This document shows positions 58,006 through 64,000 of a stretch of DNA of 64,000 nt, piece after piece. Every line of letters starts with the position of its first letter. Within the stretch, counting starts at the first letter, position 1. The position numbers and the translations under genes were made by a program. A model generated the notes under the pieces. That model worked only from the letters and a program-made list of their open reading frames with translations. It was not told the DNA's origin and searched no databases. Source of the DNA: Planctomycetota bacterium (GTDB lineage Bacteria; Planctomycetota; MHYJ01; WSZJ01); assembly GCA_038060895.1 (NCBI GenBank), contig JBBTCT010000001.1:224001-288000 (forward strand). Reading direction: 5' to 3'.

Positions 58006-59022
58006 TTACCAGGCTCCGAGTTCGCGGAGGACCTTTTCCTCCGCGGCGTCCCCGTCCGTCTCCTCCGGCTTCGGCGGGATCGGATTCGCCCGCTCCCACG
58101 CGACCGTTCGCGTCAGGCCCTCGTCGAACGCAACCCTCTCCCTGTACCCCAACTCGCGACGGATGCGGGCCGACGAGGCGTCAAGGTGCTGGGCGGTGTT
58201 GAAGTCGGCCTGAAGCGCCTTCGGCAGTTTGACACCTGGCACTTCGACGAACTTCCCCTTCCACCCCGTCGCCGCCCCGACGGCTGCGGCCCACGCCCGT
58301 TCCTCCAGCGCCGGCTCTTCCGCTACATTGTAAACCCTCCCGGACCATCGCAGGTCGAGAGCGGCCGAGACAATCGCATCCGCGACGTTTTCGACGTAGC
58401 CGCGGGAGCCGCGCCAGGAAGCCAGGGCGGACTCCAGGAGGATCGCCGGCCTGCCCGCGTCCATCCGCCGCACCAGGTGGCGCAGCCGCCGCTGGCGGTC
58501 GCCGGGACCGTAGACCATCGGAAGCCGGAGAACCGTCGCAGGCAGCTCCGGGTGCGCCAGCGCTTCGCGCTCGACAAGGATCTTGTCGTAGTCGTCAAGC
58601 CCAGGCACCTTGCCGCGGTATGGGTAGAGGTTCTCCCGGACCGGCGTGTCCTCGTCGAAAGGCACCGCAATCGTCGGCCCGGACTCGGTCCCGTGAAGCA
58701 CTCCGTACGCCTTCACCGCGTCGATGCTCGAAACCGCCACCACCCGCTTCGCCGTGCCTTCGAAAACGCGCATCAGGTCCTTCGCGTCCGCTTCCGTGAT
58801 CAGCACCATGTCCACGATGATCTCGGGCTTCCAGGCCCGAAGCGCCCCCGCGTGCTGGTCGAGCAGGTGCCGGTCTCCGAGAAACGACAGGATGCCGGGC
58901 GGGTTCCCCGACGCCCGCGTCTTCCCGCGGTGAAAGATCGCCACTTCGTGCCCCAGGCCCGCCAGCTTTCGCACGACGTGCGGGCCCATGAACGCGGTGC
59001 CGCCGATGACGAGGAAGCGCAT
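58006..59022 (-). CDS. NAD-dependent epimerase/dehydratase (extended SDR)
   Basis: LVIGGTAFMG, YDKILVE, LRLPMVYGPGD, YVENVADA. Confidence 0.9.
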   Translation of the reverse strand: MRFLVIGGTAFMGPHVVRKLAGLGHEVAIFHRGKTRASGNPPGILSFLGDRHLLDQHAGALRAWKPEIIVDMVLITEADAKDLMRVFEGTAKRVVAVSSIDAVKAYGVLHGTESGPTIAVPFDEDTPVRENLYPYRGKVPGLDDYDKILVEREALAHPELPATVLRLPMVYGPGDRQRRLRHLVRRMDAGRPAILLESALASWRGSRGYVENVADAIVSAALDLRWSGRVYNVAEEPALEERAWAAAVGAATGWKGKFVEVPGVKLPKALQADFNTAQHLDASSARIRRELGYRERVAFDEGLTRTVAWERANPIPPKPEETDGDAAEEKVLRELGAW

Positions 59023-59170
59023 GGGCGGATGGTAAGCGATCGATGATGGTTACGCGCGGGCAAGCAGGCAGGCGGGCGAGCGGGCGGGCAAGCCGGCATG
59101 CGAGCAGCTGTCCCGCACCTGATTACCGGGGCGCAGTTCGGGAGAGTACAGCGGAGGGCGCATGATTATA

Positions 59171-59224
59171 AACCCATGGTTTATGTTGGTGCGCATTGCA
59201 CGAAACTAAACTATGGGTTAATCT
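59171..59224 (+). promoter_or_regulatory. abiE promoter with overlapping 22-bp inverted-repeat operator
   Basis: Arms aacccatggtttatgttggtgc (59171-59192) and gcacgaaactaaactatgggtt (59198-59219), 18/22 match; TTGCAC-N17-TAATCT; ATG 6 nt downstream. Confidence 0.8.
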
Positions 59225-59230
59225 TCTTGC

Positions 59231-59839
59231 ATGGTCGACCGCGCGCTCAAGCCGGACTGGAATCGCCTCTACGAATTCGCCGCTTCGCAGGAAGGCCACT
59301 TCACATCCGCCCAGGCCGGCGATGCAGGCTACTCCCCGCAACTGCTCCAGAAGCACCTCAAGGGAGGACGCATCCGACGCCTCGGCCGCGGCATCTATCG
59401 TGTCGTCCACTATCCCGCCGGGGACCACGAAGACCTGGTCGCGGCCTGGCTCTGGAGCGGCCACTCCGGGGTCTTCAGCCACGAAACGGCGCTGGCCCTC
59501 CACGAACTTTCGGACGCGATGCCGACCGCGATTCACATGACTGTGCCCGCGCGATGGGCAGGGCGGCGCCTGCGAGTTCCTCAAGGACTGCTGCTCCACC
59601 ACGCCGACATCGCCGAGAAGGAAAGAGGCTGGGTTGGATCGGTCCGTGCTACGACGGTCCCCAGGACCCTGGTCGATTGCGCCGCATCCAGCGTCGAGCC
59701 CCGCCTTGTCCTGCAGGCCTTCGAGGACGCCCTCGCCCGGGGGCTTGTCGACCGCGGATCGATCCCGGCTGTCGTCGCTTACCTGAATGGCTTTTTCCCG
59801 GCCTCGCGGCCCGCAAGGGTCCGGAGGTCGTCGCCATGA
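59231..59839 (+). CDS. Type IV TA antitoxin AbiEi
   Basis: AASQEGHFTSAQA, RRLGRGIYR, FSHETALALHELSD, TTVPRTLVD. Confidence 0.9.
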   Translation: MVDRALKPDWNRLYEFAASQEGHFTSAQAGDAGYSPQLLQKHLKGGRIRRLGRGIYRVVHYPAGDHEDLVAAWLWSGHSGVFSHETALALHELSDAMPTAIHMTVPARWAGRRLRVPQGLLLHHADIAEKERGWVGSVRATTVPRTLVDCAASSVEPRLVLQAFEDALARGLVDRGSIPAVVAYLNGFFPASRPARVRRSSP

Positions 59840-60735
59840 AACAGGAGCGGTACGCGTCACCCGCGGCCTTCAAGCAGGCCGTGGAGCACCGCCTTCGTGC
59901 ACAAGCCGCGGCCGACGGCGTCGAGCTCGCGCGCCTCCGCCAACTCCTTGTCTTCGATCGCTTCCTCGCCCGCATCTCCGCCGCCTTTGGCGATCGCGCG
60001 ATCCTCAAGGGCGGCCTCGTGCTCGAGCTTCGGCTGAAGCGCGCGCGGACGACGAAGGACATCGATCTGCGACTGCTGGGAAATCCGGAAGCTGCGCTTG
60101 GGAAGCTCCAGCAGGCCGGGCGCCTTGATCTGGACGACTTCCTGGTCTTTGAAGTGCTGCCGGATCCGCGTCACCCCGAAATCAAGGCCCAGGGGATGGC
60201 CTACCCGGGACGCCGCTATCGGGTCCGCGGGCTCCTTGCGGGAAAGATCTTCGGGACGTCGTTCGCGCTGGACGTCGCGTTCGCGGAACCGCTGTGGGGC
60301 GACGTTGAGCGCATTGAAGGCAGCGCTTTCCTCGCCTTCGCGGGCGTGAAGTCCGCGAGGCTCCGCATCTATCCCCTCGAGGCCCACATCGCCGAGAAGC
60401 TCCACGCCTATTCGCTCCCGCGCTCCCGGCCGAACATCCGAGTCAAAGACCTGCCGGACATCGCGCTTCTCGCTTCAGTACGTGCGCTCCAGGCAACGGT
60501 CCTGCGGACGGCATTCAAGAAGACCTTTGAAGCCCGAAAGACTCACGACCTGCCCGGCGCCACGCCGCACCCACCCGCAGCGTGGGCCGCGGTTTACGAA
60601 ACCATGGCGCTGAACGATTGCCTCCGCTGGTCCACACTCCATCAACTCTTCAAAGCGGTGGCCGCGTTTCTCGATCCCGTTCTCTCGGGCGAGAAGGGAC
60701 GATGGGACCCGAAGTCCTGGTCCTGGCTCAGATGA
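59836..60735 (+). CDS. Type IV TA toxin AbiEii nucleotidyltransferase
   Basis: LKGGLVLEL, RTTKDIDL, AEKLHAY, RVKDLPD; ATGA overlap with AbiEi. Confidence 0.92.
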   Translation: MKQERYASPAAFKQAVEHRLRAQAAADGVELARLRQLLVFDRFLARISAAFGDRAILKGGLVLELRLKRARTTKDIDLRLLGNPEAALGKLQQAGRLDLDDFLVFEVLPDPRHPEIKAQGMAYPGRRYRVRGLLAGKIFGTSFALDVAFAEPLWGDVERIEGSAFLAFAGVKSARLRIYPLEAHIAEKLHAYSLPRSRPNIRVKDLPDIALLASVRALQATVLRTAFKKTFEARKTHDLPGATPHPPAAWAAVYETMALNDCLRWSTLHQLFKAVAAFLDPVLSGEKGRWDPKSWSWLR

Positions 60736-60743
60736 TCCGCGGG

Positions 60744-60998
60744 CTACGCCGATTCGTGCGTGGGCACTCCGTCCATCCAGAGCGCGTCAGCACAAAGGTC
60801 GAGGCCGTCAGGCCACTCGACGTACCTGCCGTCCGGGGCCACGCGGGCAGACTTGAAGTAGTCGGTCCTCGCGAGCGGCGAATAAACGCCGCCCTTTTTC
60901 AGAAGCGGCTCAAGGTCGAAGGCGCGCGTGCTCCCGTCATCGAAAGTCAGCCGCAACGACAGACCCTCGCCGAGTTCAAGCCGCGTGATTTTGTGCAT
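60744..60998 (-). CDS. DUF2442 protein (start could be GTG 61007)
   Basis: LRLTFDDG, VEWPDGLDLCADAL. Confidence 0.85.
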   Translation of the reverse strand: MHKITRLELGEGLSLRLTFDDGSTRAFDLEPLLKKGGVYSPLARTDYFKSARVAPDGRYVEWPDGLDLCADALWMDGVPTHESA

Positions 60999-61020
60999 AT
61001 CCTGCACGATTTCGGACCTC

Positions 61021-61281
61021 CTAGGGCAACGGGGGTATTTTATCAAGCGGTCGAGCCTGCCTCGCAAGATCCCAGTCGGCAAGAAGCTCGGCCTGATGCA
61101 GGACTGTCCACTCCAGAACCATGGCCTGAACTCGCAAGGGCGCTTCGCCCGTCATGATTCCAGGCGGTTGGATCTGAACCCGGATTTCGAATTCTCCGTA
61201 GACGGCATGGAAGTGCGGCGGCGCGTGATCGTTATAGAACATCCTGATGAGGATTCCGTAGAAGGTTGAAATGAGTGGCAT
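61021..61281 (-). CDS. DUF4160 protein
   Basis: MPLISTFYGILIRMFYNDHAPPHFHAVYG..ELLADW..IPPL; AAGGAG RBS. Confidence 0.9.
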   Translation of the reverse strand: MPLISTFYGILIRMFYNDHAPPHFHAVYGEFEIRVQIQPPGIMTGEAPLRVQAMVLEWTVLHQAELLADWDLARQARPLDKIPPLP

Positions 61282-61391
61282 GCGAAGTTCTCCTTGAGGT
61301 AGCAGGGGAACCGCGCATGCCATCATGAGCGCGCCGCAGAATCAACCCGTCGACCCGGCTTTACCGACTCCTGTCGAAGCGCGAACTGTCT

Positions 61392-61838
61392 TCAAGGCAG
61401 CTTTTCATACTTTGTGTAGTCGCTCTGGAACAGGTCCAGAATGTCGGACGCGACGACCTCGAATTCATCCTGCATGTGATGATGGAACGCAATGATCTCT
61501 CCATGTTTCCTCCAGTTGATTCCCCAATTGTCATCTCCGCTGGACCTGCCGAAGAAGACGAAGGATCGCATGTCCGGCCATTCAAACTGGTGCTTCCAGA
61601 GAAACTGGGTGGAAGCCAGTAGCGATCCGCCGGCTGGCCCCGAAGAAAGCGTGTGCAGGTAGCTCGCCCCGCCGCGATCTTCCTGCATCCCGTCGCACTC
61701 AAAATACAACTGCCGGAGTTGCTCAGGCAGGTGTACTCCCAGCACCGCCTCGACGGTGGCAACCTGAGGCTCGGTTGCGGGCGCCCCGAACATGGCATTC
61801 GGGAAAAGGGCATGAAGCCGGAAGGGTGTCGATCTCAT
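61392..61838 (-). CDS. SMI1/KNR4 (SUKH) family protein
   Basis: PATEPQVATVEAVLGVHLPEQLRQLYFECDG, FFGRSSGDD. Confidence 0.8.
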   Translation of the reverse strand: MRSTPFRLHALFPNAMFGAPATEPQVATVEAVLGVHLPEQLRQLYFECDGMQEDRGGASYLHTLSSGPAGGSLLASTQFLWKHQFEWPDMRSFVFFGRSSGDDNWGINWRKHGEIIAFHHHMQDEFEVVASDILDLFQSDYTKYEKLP

Positions 61839-61994
61839 CAGGAGAATTTTACAGGAAGGAGGATTGCCGGGCGAAGAGCTGCAGCTGCCGCCCCGATGGG
61901 CAAGCCCGGGCGGGGCTTCAGCCGTCGGACGGGGAGCGAGGCATGGGATCCGGGCAGCAGGCCCTCTGCGGGCACTCACAACCCGCAAGTGCCC

Positions 61995-63476
61995 CTACGC
62001 CGTCGCGGTCCGCGGCGCACTCGCCATCATCTCCTCCACCTCAGCGCGGCCAGCCGTCGCTTCCTGCGCCAACGCCTTGAACTGCTTGCCGCGGTCTTCG
62101 AAGTTGCGGAACTGGTCGAAGGAGGCGCAGGCGGGGCTGAGGAGGACGGCGTCGCCGGTTCTGGCGCGGGCGGCGGACATGGCGACGGCTTCGCCGAGAT
62201 CTTTGGCGCGGTCGACGGGGATCGAGCAGCCCGCCGCTTCCAGCGCCGCGCCGATCTTCGCAGAGGCGGAGCCCAGCAGGACGACCGCGCGGCATCGTGG
62301 GGAGACCGCGCGGGCGAGGTCCTCGAAAGGCAGGCCCTTGTCGTGGCCGCCGAGGATGAGGATGAGGGGCTGGGAGAGCGTGCGAAGAGCGGCGAGCGTG
62401 GAGTCGGGGTTGGTGGCGATCGAGTCGTTGATCCAGGTCACGCCGCCCCAGGTGCCGAAGGACTCGAGGCGGTGCTCGCAGCCGCGGAATTCGGCGAAGC
62501 CCTGGGCGATGCCGTCCTTGGTGGCGCCGAGGACCCACGAAGCGCAGGCGGCGGCGAGGGCGTTTTCGACGTTGAAGAGGCCGGGGATGCGCAGTGCGCT
62601 GGCGGGCAGGATCGTGTGGGCGTCGCCGTTGTCGGCGATGGAGATCCAGCCGCCGGAGAGGCAGGCGCCGCGACCGACTGGCGCCTTGCGCCCGAACGTC
62701 AGCGGATTCGAAGCCGTGCTCGCCCATTTGCCCACGATCGGACAATCGGCGTTCACGATCCCGACGGAGCCGCGGCCGCGAAGGACGTTCTTCTTCGCGT
62801 CGCCATAGGCTTCCATCGTGCCGTGGCGGTCGAGGTGGTTGGGCTGGAGGTTCGTTACGAGGCCCGCGGCCGGGAAGCGGCCGATGGCGGCGAGGTTCTC
62901 GAGCTGGAAGGAGCTGATTTCGAGGACGACGGCGTCGTTGGGTTGGATTTCGTCGAGGTCCGCGAGAAGCGATCGCCCGATATTGCCGCCGACCCAGACG
63001 CGCTTGGGCCGGTCAAAGCACCCAGGAGGCGTCGGAAGCCACGTCGGGCCCCCCATCCGCCGAGTCGCCGCTTCGACAAGCGCCGTCGTCGTCGTCTTGC
63101 CGTTCGAGCCGGTGATCCCGAGGATCGGCGCGCGGCAGAGCTTCACGAACAGGTTCAGTTCGGTCTCGACCGGGATCCCGCGCTTCACGGCCTCGCGGAG
63201 GAACGAGTTGTCGGGAGCCACGGCGGGCGAGATCAGGAGAAGCTCGCAGGCGTCGAGGTCCGAATCTCGGTGGCTGCCCAGGTGGAACTCGACCGGCAGT
63301 CCTTCCAGCGCGCGCACCGATTCCGCCAGCTGCTCAGCGGTCTTGAGGTCGGTCACCGTCACGCGCGCGCCGTGCTTAGCCAGGAAGCGCACAGCGCCGA
63401 CGCCGCCGCCGAACAGACCGAGTCCCATGACCAGGACGCGCATTCCGGGCAGTTCGTGGGCGGCGGGGGTCAACAT
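61995..63476 (-). CDS. murD: UDP-N-acetylmuramoyl-L-alanine-D-glutamate ligase
   Basis: GITGSNGKTTT, GGNIG, LEISSFQL, NHLDRH, NDSIATN, LLSPACASFDQF. Confidence 0.97.
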   Translation of the reverse strand: MLTPAAHELPGMRVLVMGLGLFGGGVGAVRFLAKHGARVTVTDLKTAEQLAESVRALEGLPVEFHLGSHRDSDLDACELLLISPAVAPDNSFLREAVKRGIPVETELNLFVKLCRAPILGITGSNGKTTTTALVEAATRRMGGPTWLPTPPGCFDRPKRVWVGGNIGRSLLADLDEIQPNDAVVLEISSFQLENLAAIGRFPAAGLVTNLQPNHLDRHGTMEAYGDAKKNVLRGRGSVGIVNADCPIVGKWASTASNPLTFGRKAPVGRGACLSGGWISIADNGDAHTILPASALRIPGLFNVENALAAACASWVLGATKDGIAQGFAEFRGCEHRLESFGTWGGVTWINDSIATNPDSTLAALRTLSQPLILILGGHDKGLPFEDLARAVSPRCRAVVLLGSASAKIGAALEAAGCSIPVDRAKDLGEAVAMSAARARTGDAVLLSPACASFDQFRNFEDRGKQFKALAQEATAGRAEVEEMMASAPRTATA

Positions 63477-63534
63477 CCGACTATTTATCGGAAGAGCCGG
63501 CCGGTTCCTTGAGGAAGAACGCGCCCGCGGCGGC

Positions 63535-63942
63535 CTATTTCGCCGGTTCCGTTTCGGCTTCGGTGCGCCACTTCTTCGCGCGCTCGATCAGCGTGTCCGG
63601 ATCTTCTTCTTTCGCGGTCTCGAGTGTGATCTTGACCTCGACCACGTCTTTCAGGTTCCCGGGCCACAGGTGCTCGAAGAAGAAATCGAGGGGGATGATC
63701 TGGTACCAGGGCGCCCGGATCGGCACCGCCCGCCGTACGGGGATGCAGCCGTCATGACGAAGCTCGAGGCCGCGGGTGCCGTAGAAAATGAAGGGTTCAA
63801 CGAGGGGCGTCTTGCCGGCCAGTCGCCCGTCGATCCATACGTCGGCCCCGGAGGGTTCGCTCTCCACGTGCAACTCCCGCTCGACGCACCCGGTTGCCAT
63901 CAGAAGGCCGAGCAGCACGAGGGCGACGCGAGAACCGTTCAT
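63535..63942 (-). CDS. PEGA-domain lipoprotein
   Basis: Lipobox ATGC; VESEPSGADVWIDG..GKTP; PWYQIIPLDFF. Confidence 0.85.
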   Translation of the reverse strand: MNGSRVALVLLGLLMATGCVERELHVESEPSGADVWIDGRLAGKTPLVEPFIFYGTRGLELRHDGCIPVRRAVPIRAPWYQIIPLDFFFEHLWPGNLKDVVEVKITLETAKEEDPDTLIERAKKWRTEAETEPAK

Positions 63943-64000
63943 TTCAACCGCCGAAGACGGACATTCCGGACCTTGAACTTCGACCCCTTGTAGCCGATGA
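63939..64000 (-). CDS. C-terminal end of a CDS running out of the window
   Basis: Reads ..IGYKGSKFKVRNVRLRRLK*, with ATGA overlap into the PEGA gene. Confidence 0.5.
   Translation of the reverse strand, partial: IGYKGSKFKVRNVRLRRLK

Noticed and set aside
59100-61990. Prophage, IS or integrative element
   Set aside because: No integrase/transposase, terminal inverted repeats or target duplication identified

Overview
GC-rich bacterial chromosome segment, most likely from a Planctomycetota-type diderm. This is inferred from the DWG-type Ser/Thr kinase-FGE fusion, YdjY and prenyltransferase-repeat proteins, many secreted HEAT/VCBS proteins, and kdsD/lpt-like and murD genes. It holds about 50 CDS. 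These include the end of a MoxR-DUF58-transglutaminase operon, a four-gene WXG100/FtsK (type VII-like) operon, sppA, a B12-dependent acyl-CoA mutase operon with isobutyryl-CoA-mutase residues, leuS, and four paralogous exported proteins. Further along are ino1, ubiX, a desaturase/DUF1365/CFA-methyltransferase lipid-modification operon resembling furan-fatty-acid ufa genes, scpA, kdsD next to a very long LptC/LptA-like protein, an AbiE + DUF4160/DUF2442 + SMI1/KNR4 islet, and murD. Non-coding signals are a probable 6S RNA (about 5279-5474, minus strand), six unrelated long intergenic palindromes (several built from short tandem repeats), an AbiE operator/promoter, and many apparently leaderless genes. 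I saw no tRNA, rRNA, CRISPR array or transposase. All calls come from motif recognition by eye; no searches were run.
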